From the NCBI GenBank assembly GCA_046351255.1, contig JAXLYU010000011.1:243617-275616 (forward strand): a DNA stretch of 32,000 nucleotides, written 5' to 3'. This document shows positions 7,986-15,949 of the stretch, one piece after another. The stretch is from Labilithrix sp. (GTDB taxonomy: Bacteria; Myxococcota_A; Polyangia; Polyangiales; Polyangiaceae). The position numbers were made by a program, and so were the translations under genes. A model generated the notes under the pieces. That model saw nothing but the letters and a program-made list of their open reading frames with translations, was not told the origin of the DNA and searched no databases. How positions within the stretch are numbered: position 1 is the stretch's first letter; each line of letters begins with the position of its first letter.

Positions 7986-10020
7986 TCGCGTCGAAGGCCC
8001 GCGACCACGCCTCCGCCACGGGCGGCGTCCAGACGTCGGGCCCCGCCGCCTCCGCGAGGGTCGCGAGGAGCGAGGCGCCCACGCGTGGATACATCTCGTC
8101 CGTGACGCCGTAGGCGACGTGCCGCGCCCCGAGCGCGGCGAGCGACGCGCGGAGCCAGGGAGCGTCCTCGAGGCGATCGATGATGGCGAGGAGCGTGTCG
8201 TTCATCATCTTGGCCTGCACGGGCGGGCTGTTCCGATGGAAGAGCGCGCGCAGATCCGGGTGCTCCGCGAAGAGCCGATCGTAGAAGCGCGTCGTGACCT
8301 CCGGGGCGCGCGTCACGATCTGCTCGAACGAGGAGCGCAGCGCGGCCACGTTCTCGACGAACGGAGCCGGCGCCTCCGCCACCACCGCCGCTTGCCGGAA
8401 GAGCGGCCCCGCCTCGCCGAGACGCCCGTCGCGTCCGAGCGCGGAGCCGAGACGGACCAGAATCCGCGCCTTGTCCGCCGCCGACGCGCTCCCCGCGAGC
8501 GGCAATGCATCGAGCGCCGCGCGATAGAGCGTGACCGCGTGCTCGAAGGCGGCGCGAGCCACCGCGTGGTCGCCCGCGAGCGTCGCGAAGCGAACCGCCT
8601 CGTCCGCGCGCTCCGCCGGCGCGCCGCGCAGGTAGTGATGCGCGAGCTCCTCCGCGTGCTCGTCCTTTGCTGCACCATACACGCTCTCGAGCGCGTCCCC
8701 GACCAGCGCATGACGCCGGGCGCGCTCGCCGAGCGAGAGGTGCGCATAGAGCGCGTCGCGGAGGACGCCGTGGACGAAGGCGAAGGTGTCGATGCGCTGG
8801 GCCACGCGTCGCACGATCCGGTGCTCGAGCGCCTCACCGACCGCGTCGAGCAGATCGGCGGCGTTCTTTCCCATCGCCTTCGCCACGACGACGAGCCGGA
8901 ACTCGGCGCCGACGACGGCCCCCATCGCGAGCACGGCCCGGGCCTCCTCTCCGAGGACGGCGAGCGTGTCGTCGACCGCGTCGCGGAGGGCGCGCGGGAG
9001 CCGCGCCGACTGGCTCCCCTGCCCCATCGCCTCCGTGAGGTGCACGAGATGCGAGAGGAAGAGCGGATTGCCGCCCGTCCACTCGCGGAGCGCAGCGACC
9101 GTCGCTGCGACCGGCGCCGCGCCCGTCTCGCGCTCGAAGAACGCGGCCACCTCCGCCGGCCCGAAGCCCTCGAGCGAGAGCGTCGTCGCGCCGGGAACGC
9201 TCGCGGCGCGCGCCGCCGCGACGATGACGAGCCGCTGTCCTCGGAGGCGCGGGACGAAGCCCTGGAGCAGCGCGAGGGACGCCTCGTCTGCGAGGTGGAG
9301 GTCGTCGATGAGGAGGACGAGCGGACGTGTGTGTGTGATCTCGGCGAGAAAGCGCATGCAGCCGTCGTGGAGGCGAAAGCGCGCATGCGCGTCGTCCCCG
9401 GCGGTGGCGGTGCCGATGAGCGGCGCCAGCTCGCTCGGCACGGCGCCCCCGACGGATCGCACGAGCTGCTCCCACGGCCAGAGCGCGGGGACGCCGTCGG
9501 CCTCGGAACAACGTGCATGATGCACCTCGAAGCCGCGCGCGGCGGCCACGCGTCCGAACCGCTCCAGCAGGAACGACTTGCCGATCCCGGCCTCGCCCGC
9601 GATGACGGCCGCCCGCCCGCCGTCGAGGAGCGACTCGAGCTGACGGAGCGGCGCCTCGCGGCCGATGAACTCGTCTTCCACGGGCGGCGCGGGCGGGGGC
9701 GCGAGCGAGTCGACCGGCACGAGCTCGCCCACGAAGCGAAAGCCGCGGCCGTGCATCGTCTTGATGAGGCGCTGCGCTTCGCCGTCGTCGCCCACCGCGC
9801 GCCGCACCTCCTTGACCGCGCGCGAGATGGCGGCGTCGCCCACGATCGTGCCTTCCCACACCGCGTCGAGGAGCTCCTGGCGCGTGACGAGACGGCCGCG
9901 GTGCTCGACGAGGAAGAGCAGCAGGTCGAAGACCTTCGGCTGCAGCGGCACGGCGACACCGGCGCGCGTCAGCTCGCGCTTCTTCGTGTCGAGGACGACC
10001 TGTTCGAATCGGTAGCGCAT
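7933..10020 (-). CDS. Transcriptional regulator: OmpR/PhoB-type winged helix, AAA/STAND ATPase, helical repeats and a C-terminal globin domain
   Basis: 695 aa. The N-terminus (MRYRFEQVVLDTKKRELTRAGVAVPLQPKVFDLLLFLVEHRGRLVTRQELLDAVW...HGRGFRF) is a Trans_reg_C-type wHTH. Next come Walker A (IAGEAGIGKSFL) and Walker B (LVLLIDDLHLAD). The last 140 aa or so are a globin: RFYDRLFAEHP, PVQAKMM, LGARHVAYGVTDEMYPRVGASLLATL. Its 3' end overlaps the convergent globin gene by 53 nt. Confidence 0.85.
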   Translation of the reverse strand: MRYRFEQVVLDTKKRELTRAGVAVPLQPKVFDLLLFLVEHRGRLVTRQELLDAVWEGTIVGDAAISRAVKEVRRAVGDDGEAQRLIKTMHGRGFRFVGELVPVDSLAPPPAPPVEDEFIGREAPLRQLESLLDGGRAAVIAGEAGIGKSFLLERFGRVAAARGFEVHHARCSEADGVPALWPWEQLVRSVGGAVPSELAPLIGTATAGDDAHARFRLHDGCMRFLAEITHTRPLVLLIDDLHLADEASLALLQGFVPRLRGQRLVIVAAARAASVPGATTLSLEGFGPAEVAAFFERETGAAPVAATVAALREWTGGNPLFLSHLVHLTEAMGQGSQSARLPRALRDAVDDTLAVLGEEARAVLAMGAVVGAEFRLVVVAKAMGKNAADLLDAVGEALEHRIVRRVAQRIDTFAFVHGVLRDALYAHLSLGERARRHALVGDALESVYGAAKDEHAEELAHHYLRGAPAERADEAVRFATLAGDHAVARAAFEHAVTLYRAALDALPLAGSASAADKARILVRLGSALGRDGRLGEAGPLFRQAAVVAEAPAPFVENVAALRSSFEQIVTRAPEVTTRFYDRLFAEHPDLRALFHRNSPPVQAKMMNDTLLAIIDRLEDAPWLRASLAALGARHVAYGVTDEMYPRVGASLLATLAEAAGPDVWTPPVAEAWSRAFDAITSMMLDGARPRRSSAA

Positions 10021-10038
10021 GCCCCCGGGCGACGGAGA

Positions 10039-10566
10039 CTAGCGGCGGCGGCGGCTGCGCGTCGGCTCGTTCCCGCAGCGCTCGTAGCAGCGCAGCGTCG
10101 ACGGTCCGGGGTAGGTCACGCTGGGTCGCTTCTGGCGGACGGACTGCACGCACGCGCCCTCGTTGCCGCGCTCCGCGTCGACGCCGAACTCCGTGAGCTG
10201 ACCGCCGCTGTCGAAGCGGATCGTGAGCGAGTTGCCCGCCCCGCACCCGCGGAGCGAGGTCAGCGCCTCCGAGAGGTCGCTCGCGAGCCGCTGCTCCTCC
10301 TGCGGCGTGACGCGCCCCTTCTGCGCGACGAAGCACTGGAGCGGACAGGCTTGCGGCGTCGCCGGAGCTGGTGCCGGCGCTGGCGCATCGCCCTCGGCGG
10401 GCTTCGCCGCCGTCGTCTTCGTGTCGGCCTTCGAGTCCGTGTCCCCCGACGCGCTGGCGGAGGCGGACGCGGACGACTCGTCGCTCGACGCCCGGACCTT
10501 CACCTCGCCGTCGGCGGCGCACGCAACGAGCACGACGGAAGCGACCAGAGCGGTGACGACCTTCAT
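10039..10566 (-). CDS. Hypothetical lipoprotein with a low-complexity linker and a Cys-containing C-terminal domain
   Basis: MKVVTALVASVVLVACAADG is a signal peptide with an LVAC lipobox. An acidic S/A/D/T-rich linker follows, then a roughly 100-aa region with 6 Cys. I recognise no family. Confidence 0.6.
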   Translation of the reverse strand: MKVVTALVASVVLVACAADGEVKVRASSDESSASASASASGDTDSKADTKTTAAKPAEGDAPAPAPAPATPQACPLQCFVAQKGRVTPQEEQRLASDLSEALTSLRGCGAGNSLTIRFDSGGQLTEFGVDAERGNEGACVQSVRQKRPSVTYPGPSTLRCYERCGNEPTRSRRRR

Positions 10567-10674
10567 GGGTTGATTGTACTACGCAACAGGTAGCTCGACC
10601 CTAGCAACGGCACGGCTTCGTCGTGAAAAACGGCGTGAACAGGCTCCACGCCCATGCTGGGCGCACCAAACGAA

Positions 10675-10705
10675 GAGGCCGGCGCCCTTTTCGAGCACCG
10701 GCCTC
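10675..10705 (-). terminator. Candidate terminator hairpin downstream of the pyrophosphatase gene
   Basis: 8-bp stem GAGGCCGG (10675-10682) / CCGGCCTC (10698-10705) with a 15-nt loop. On the minus strand it is followed by TTCGTTTGG. It lies 45-75 nt past the hppA stop. The U tract is weak. Confidence 0.35.
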
Positions 10706-10749
10706 CCGAGCACGCCGCGGCGCTTGGCCGGGCGCTGCGCGCTAGACGA

Positions 10750-13413
10750 TCAGGCTTCCGCCTTCTTCGCCGCGTTGCTCTCCGCGCTCTCGTTCGTGTT
10801 GATGCGCATGCCGTAGAAGCTGCGGTACACGAAGATCACCGAGGCGCCGAAGAAGACGGCCGCGAGGATCATGGGGAGCGTCTTGTCGCCGGCCTTCATC
10901 TGCTCCGCGAGCTCGACGGCGAGGAGGCCGAAGAGGGTCGTGAACTTGATGACCGGGTTGAGCGCGACGGACGACGTGTCCTTGAACGGGTCGCCGACGG
11001 TATCGCCGACGACGCTCGCGTCATGGAGCTCGGTGCCCTTCATCTTGAGCTCGACCTCGACGACCTTCTTCGCGTTGTCCCAGGCGCCGCCGGCGTTCGC
11101 CATGAAGAGCGCCTGGAAGAGACCGAAGAGAGCGATCGCGATGAGGTAGCCGATGAAGAAGAACGAGTCGTAGAAGGCAAACGCGAGGGTCGAGAAGAAG
11201 ATGACGAGGAAGATGTTGAACATCCCCTTCTGCGCGTAGATCGTGCAGATCTCGACGACCTTCTTCGAGTCCTCGGCAGACGCCTTCTCGACGCCCTCGA
11301 GCTTGATGTTGGCCTTGATGAACTCGACCGCGCGGTACGCGCCCGTCGTGACGGCCTGGGTGGACGCGCCCGTGAACCAGTAGATGACCGCGCCGCCGGC
11401 GATGAGGCCGAGCAAGAACGGGGGGTAGAGCAGCGAGATCTTGTCCGTGTTCTGCGAGAAGCCGTTCGTGAGCGTCACGATGATCGCGAAGATCATGGTG
11501 GTCGCGCCGACGACCGCGGTGCCGATGAGGACCGGCTTCGCCGTCGCCTTGAACGTGTTGCCCGCGCCGTCGTTCTCCTCGAGGGCGTGCTTCGCCTTCT
11601 CGAACTGAACGTCGAAGCCGAACTCCTTCTTGAGGACGTTCTTCACGTCCGGCACGTTCTCGATGAGCGAGAGCTCGTAGACCGACTGCGCGTTGTCCGT
11701 GACGGGACCGTACGAGTCGACCGCGATGGTGACCGGACCCATGCCGAGGAAGCCGAAGGCCACGAGGCCGAAGGCGAAGACGGCGGACGGGTCGAAGTTG
11801 CCGATCATCATGATCGAGCCGACGCCTTCCTTCGACACCATGTACGCGGTGCCCATGAGGAAGATGAGGACGATGCCCATCCAGTACGCGGAGTAGTTAC
11901 CCGCCGTGAGACCGGAGAGGATGTTGAGGGAGGCGCCGCCTTCGCGAGAAGACGTGACGACTTCCTTCACGTGGCCGGACTCGGTCGAGGTGAAGACCTT
12001 GATGAGCTCCGGGATGATGGCGCCGGCGGCCGTGCCGCAGGTGATGATGAGCGACAGCTTCCACCAGAGCGTCTGGTCGATGATGCCGATGCCGTGACCG
12101 ACGGTGAGGCCCGCCTGCTTCGCGGCGTCGAGCTCGGCCGGCGAGAGGCCGGGGATGAGCTGCTTGGAGACGATGAACGTGAGGGCGACCGAGACGACCG
12201 ACGTCAGGATGACGAGGATCGTGAGCGGCGACTCGAAGTTCATCTTGTCGGCGTTCTGGTGCTTCGACTTCGCCATGAAGTCGTTGATGAAGTACGAGAG
12301 CACCGACGCGATCACCATGACGATGCGCATCACGAAGATCCAGACGAGGAGCTGGACCTGGACCGTCTCGTTGTGGACGGCGAGGAGGATGAAGGAGATG
12401 AGCGCGACGCCCGTGACGCCGTAGGTCTCGAAGCCGTCGGCGGAGGGGCCGACCGAGTCGCCGGCGTTGTCGCCCGTGCAGTCGGCGATGACGCCGGGGT
12501 TACGCGCGTCGTCTTCCTTGATCTTGAAGGCGATCTTCATGAGGTCGGAGCCGATGTCCGCGATCTTCGTGAAGATGCCGCCCGCGATACGGAGGGCCGA
12601 GGCGCCGAGCGACTCGCCGATGGCGAAGCCGATGAAGCACGGACCCGCGTACTCGCCGGGGACGAAGAGAAGGATGCCGAGCATGAGGACGAGCTCGACG
12701 GAGATCAGGAGCATGCCGATCGACATGCCTGCCTTCAGCGGGATGGCGTAGCAGGGGAACGGCTTGCCACGGAGAGCGGCGAACGCGGTACGCGAGTTCG
12801 CGAACGTGTTCACGCGGATGCCGAACCAGGCGACCGCGCAGGAGCCGGCGATGCCGATGAGGCTGAAGACGAGGATGATGAGGACCTGCGGCGTCTTCCC
12901 TTCCGAGAAGTAGTGCTGCGCGACGCCGAAGTAGTAGACGATGATGGCGCCGATGAACGCCTCGAGGATCATGATGAACTTGATCTGCGTGACGAGGTAC
13001 GTCTTGCAGGTCTCGTAAATCAGCTCGCTGATCTCGAGCATCGACTTGTGAACCGGCAGGTTCTTGAGCTGGGAGTAGATGACCAGCGCGAACAACATGC
13101 CGGCGATCGCGACGCCGATGCCTCCCATGAGGAGGGTCGAGCCGGGCATGCCGCCCATGAACGTGGCGATGTGCGTGTCACCGAGCTTCGGGACGACGAG
13201 GCTCGCCTCTCCGCCGTGATGCACGACGGGGGGAGCTGCTCCGCCGCCGCCCGTCGCCTCGGAGCCGTGCTCCGCGACCTGGGCGAGACTGGGAATCGCA
13301 TAGACAAGAGTGATCAGCAGCGTACTGAGCTTCAGGAGCCAGTTCGCCGCGACCCGAGCGACGGGCAGGCGGCTTCGCCGCAGGTCGCTCGACACACCAG
13401 ATTGAGACAACAT
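10750..13413 (-). CDS. hppA: Membrane-integral H+/Na+-translocating pyrophosphatase
   Basis: 887-aa polytopic ORF with M-PPase signatures: DCTGDNAGDSVGPSADGFETYG, DSYGPVTDNA, ENDGAGNTFKATAKP, and GDTVGDPFKDTSSVALNPVIKF. GGAGAGGA lies about 10 nt upstream of the ATG at 13413. An N-terminal extension of about 85 aa, with an extra hydrophobic segment, precedes the canonical first helix. Confidence 0.92.
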   Translation of the reverse strand: MLSQSGVSSDLRRSRLPVARVAANWLLKLSTLLITLVYAIPSLAQVAEHGSEATGGGGAAPPVVHHGGEASLVVPKLGDTHIATFMGGMPGSTLLMGGIGVAIAGMLFALVIYSQLKNLPVHKSMLEISELIYETCKTYLVTQIKFIMILEAFIGAIIVYYFGVAQHYFSEGKTPQVLIILVFSLIGIAGSCAVAWFGIRVNTFANSRTAFAALRGKPFPCYAIPLKAGMSIGMLLISVELVLMLGILLFVPGEYAGPCFIGFAIGESLGASALRIAGGIFTKIADIGSDLMKIAFKIKEDDARNPGVIADCTGDNAGDSVGPSADGFETYGVTGVALISFILLAVHNETVQVQLLVWIFVMRIVMVIASVLSYFINDFMAKSKHQNADKMNFESPLTILVILTSVVSVALTFIVSKQLIPGLSPAELDAAKQAGLTVGHGIGIIDQTLWWKLSLIITCGTAAGAIIPELIKVFTSTESGHVKEVVTSSREGGASLNILSGLTAGNYSAYWMGIVLIFLMGTAYMVSKEGVGSIMMIGNFDPSAVFAFGLVAFGFLGMGPVTIAVDSYGPVTDNAQSVYELSLIENVPDVKNVLKKEFGFDVQFEKAKHALEENDGAGNTFKATAKPVLIGTAVVGATTMIFAIIVTLTNGFSQNTDKISLLYPPFLLGLIAGGAVIYWFTGASTQAVTTGAYRAVEFIKANIKLEGVEKASAEDSKKVVEICTIYAQKGMFNIFLVIFFSTLAFAFYDSFFFIGYLIAIALFGLFQALFMANAGGAWDNAKKVVEVELKMKGTELHDASVVGDTVGDPFKDTSSVALNPVIKFTTLFGLLAVELAEQMKAGDKTLPMILAAVFFGASVIFVYRSFYGMRINTNESAESNAAKKAEA

Positions 13414-13641
13414 TTCGACCGAGTCCTCTCCGAGTGGGGTGGGCTCTGGGAATTGATTGTCCCGTTCGAGCCCAACGACTCGAGGGGTTGGCCGCCGTCC
13501 ACGTTCACGTGGTGGCGCTTCAGCACGCCTCGCCTCGCAATTTCGGTCTTCTGTGGAAGGCCGCCGTTGCGAAGTGCGCGCCTCATACCATGGTGTTCGA
13601 TCGCGCTACAACGATAGAAGGTGACGTGTTGGTGCCGGAAA

Positions 13642-13669
13642 ATTATTTCGCGATCCTGAACACTTGGAA
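13642..13669 (-). promoter_or_regulatory. Candidate promoter for hppA, implying a leader of about 220 nt
   Basis: Read on the minus strand: TTCCAA (complement of 13664-13669), a 16-nt spacer, then AATAAT (complement of 13642-13647), inside an AT-rich patch. The -35 is weak. Confidence 0.3.
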
Positions 13670-13784
13670 CGCCAGCGCTCGCCGAGGTGGGGCGCATGAG
13701 GCGGGTTTCGCTCTGCGCTGGCCTCCTCGAGGTGGGTGGTTCGGCCCCGTGCGGCCGATGGAGGCGCTCCTCCGCCAGTCGACG

Positions 13785-14417
13785 CTAGAACGCGTAGCCG
13801 AGCGACACGAGGAAGCGCGGGCGGATACCGCCGCCGGCGACGATGGCGCTCGCGAGGTTGAAGTTGTCGGCCGAGATCTCCTCGCTCGTCTTCGTGTACT
13901 GGATTCCGAAGCCGCCGCTGAAGGTGAAGCCCGAGTCGAAGAGGACCTGACCGCCGATGTCGAGCGCGGCGCCGTACGCGAGGAACGACTGCTCCACGCC
14001 GCCCCACCCCTTCCCCCTGTTCGAGGAGAAGAGGAACGAGGGGCCGACGAAGAAGCCCTCCGGCCCGCGCTTGCCGGAGTAGAAGCGGCCACCGAGCTCG
14101 CCGCCGAAGCCCATGAGCGAGCCGATCTCGGTCTCGCTCTGGCCTGACCCGACCGTCACGGTGGAGTAGGTGAAGACGGGATTGATCGTCACCGCGAGGT
14201 GCGGGACGAGCATGATTTCGCCCTGGATCGAGTAGCGCCCGATGAGCAGGCCGAGCGGATTCACGGAGAGGTCGAACGTCCTCGTCTCCTCCTTCTTCTC
14301 GTGAAGGACGTGCCAGTAGTCCTTGCGCGGCTCGGCCGGCGCAGGCTCGGCCGCGGAGGCGTCGGCGGTGAGGGTGAGGAGACCGAGCACGGCGAGCGTC
14401 GCGAGCATTGGTTTCAT
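13785..14417 (-). CDS. Small outer-membrane beta-barrel protein (hypothetical)
   Basis: The internal ATG at 14417 gives MKPMLATLAVLGLLTLTADASAAEP, a signal peptide. The rest shows an alternating hydrophobic pattern rich in G/S/F/Y. The C-terminus (RFLVSLGYAF) ends in an aromatic residue, typical of OMP barrels. Confidence 0.65.
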   Translation of the reverse strand: MKPMLATLAVLGLLTLTADASAAEPAPAEPRKDYWHVLHEKKEETRTFDLSVNPLGLLIGRYSIQGEIMLVPHLAVTINPVFTYSTVTVGSGQSETEIGSLMGFGGELGGRFYSGKRGPEGFFVGPSFLFSSNRGKGWGGVEQSFLAYGAALDIGGQVLFDSGFTFSGGFGIQYTKTSEEISADNFNLASAIVAGGGIRPRFLVSLGYAF

Positions 14418-14545
14418 GCGCGCGGACAGACGTCGTCCTGAAATCGTTATTCGCGCAAAATCATTCGATTTTCTCGAGCAAATGTTGCGCAAATCGAGCG
14501 GCGCCTACACGCGCGCCGGATCGGACGCGTGTCACCTCGTGTCAC

Positions 14546-15790
14546 TCAGTGGCACTGCGGGTTCGTGACGGGGGCCTCGTTCGCGCCGAGGCGGTTCCAC
14601 TGGCCGTACATGCGCGTGGTGAGGTCGAGGCTCGCGCCGCCCGCGTACTTGGAGGTCCACGTGCCGCGCTGCATCTCGAGCGGGTAGTGACGGACACCGT
14701 TGATCGTCGTCTTGCCGTCCGCGCCCTTCGTGAGGCCCATGAAGAGGATGAGCGAGCTCGTCTTCGCGAGGCCCGACTGGCCCGAGACGAAGTTGCCGAG
14801 CGAGTAGATGACGAACGCCTCGCGACCGTCCTGCGTCCGGTACTTCTCCCACGGCTGCGTGACGTGCGGATGACCGCCGAACACCGCCGTCGCGCCCGCC
14901 TCGAGCATCTGGTGCGCGAGGTTCTTCTCCTGCTGCTGCGGCGCCGACTGATACTCGACGCCCCAGTGCGGCGTCACGATGACGGCGTCGATGTCCGCGC
15001 GCTTCTTGAGATCCGTGATCGTCTGGAGGACGGTGGCCTTGTCCTCGTAGCACGAGAGGACCTGGTTCTTCGCGTCGGGGATGCCGTTCGTGGAGAACGT
15101 GCAGGCGACCCAGCCCACGCGAATGCCCTTCGCCTCCGTGATCGCGTACCAGGGCGCGTTCATGTCCGCCGTGGAGCGCGTGCCGGTGAACGGGAGCCCT
15201 TCCGACTTCAGGTTCTCGATCGTGCGATCGGCGCCCTTGCTCCGGCGATCGAGCGCGTGGTTGTTCGCGGTGGAGACGACGTCGACGCCCGCGAGCTTCA
15301 GCGAGGGGATGAGCGACGGGTGATAGTTGAACTGCGGGTAGCTCGAGTACACCTTGTTGTCGAAGCGGCGACCCGGATCGTGCGCAGCGCCCGAGGTGGT
15401 GAGACCGTCGGCGCACGGACCTTCGAGGTTTGCATAGCTGAGGTCCGCCTTCGAGAAGACGGGCTGCACGTTCTTCCACAGCGACTCGAACCCGCCCGGG
15501 CCATACGCCTGGATCTGCAGCGGCGAGTGGAGCAGCACGTCGCCCATCGCCGAGATCGTGATCGACGTGCCCGCCTTGCAGGCGTCCGTGAACTCGAGCG
15601 GCCCGGTCGCAGGCGGAGCCGAGAGCGGGTCCTCGGTCGCGCCTTCCGCCTCGCCCTCGCCGTCGTCGGTCGGACCGCTCACCGACGCCGGATCCTCGGC
15701 GTCATCCGTCGCGGTGGTACAGGCCGCCACAGCGAGCGTCGTGAGCGTGAGGAGAGAGAGACCGAGGATGGAAGCGCGCGCGGTGCCCAT
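14546..15790 (-). CDS. CapA-family (poly-gamma-glutamate capsule synthesis-like) metallophosphatase-fold lipoprotein
   Basis: Start at the ATG at 15790 (MGTARASILGLSLLTLTTLAVAACTT, with a lipobox); the track start at 15829 is an alternative. CapA/PGA_cap-like motifs: AMGDVLLH, ANLEGP, STANNHALDR, TPHWGVEY, FGGHPH. Confidence 0.82.
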   Translation of the reverse strand: MGTARASILGLSLLTLTTLAVAACTTATDDAEDPASVSGPTDDGEGEAEGATEDPLSAPPATGPLEFTDACKAGTSITISAMGDVLLHSPLQIQAYGPGGFESLWKNVQPVFSKADLSYANLEGPCADGLTTSGAAHDPGRRFDNKVYSSYPQFNYHPSLIPSLKLAGVDVVSTANNHALDRRSKGADRTIENLKSEGLPFTGTRSTADMNAPWYAITEAKGIRVGWVACTFSTNGIPDAKNQVLSCYEDKATVLQTITDLKKRADIDAVIVTPHWGVEYQSAPQQQEKNLAHQMLEAGATAVFGGHPHVTQPWEKYRTQDGREAFVIYSLGNFVSGQSGLAKTSSLILFMGLTKGADGKTTINGVRHYPLEMQRGTWTSKYAGGASLDLTTRMYGQWNRLGANEAPVTNPQCH

Positions 15791-15949
15791 GCCGAGGCTC
15801 CAAGCACACATCGCACCACACCAGACCACGATGGAAAGGATTGAGTATTTTCTTGCTCAATCAGGTGAATCTGGATCTTCACCGCAATTCTGAAAGTTCC
15901 ACCTACGATCGGATGAAATGTGCGTCGGCCCGTCTAACCTGGCCTTCCC

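Noticed and set aside
8119-10593. 824-aa + strand ORF, plus the 548-aa and 562-aa minus-strand ORFs over the regulator
   Set aside because: These are antisense or alternative-frame shadows of the wHTH-STAND-globin gene. They are extremely Arg-rich and have no motifs.
10654-13617. 987-aa + strand ORF
   Set aside because: It is antisense to the pyrophosphatase gene. Its D/E/R/G-rich composition is incompatible with a real protein, whereas the opposite strand encodes a textbook polytopic M-PPase.
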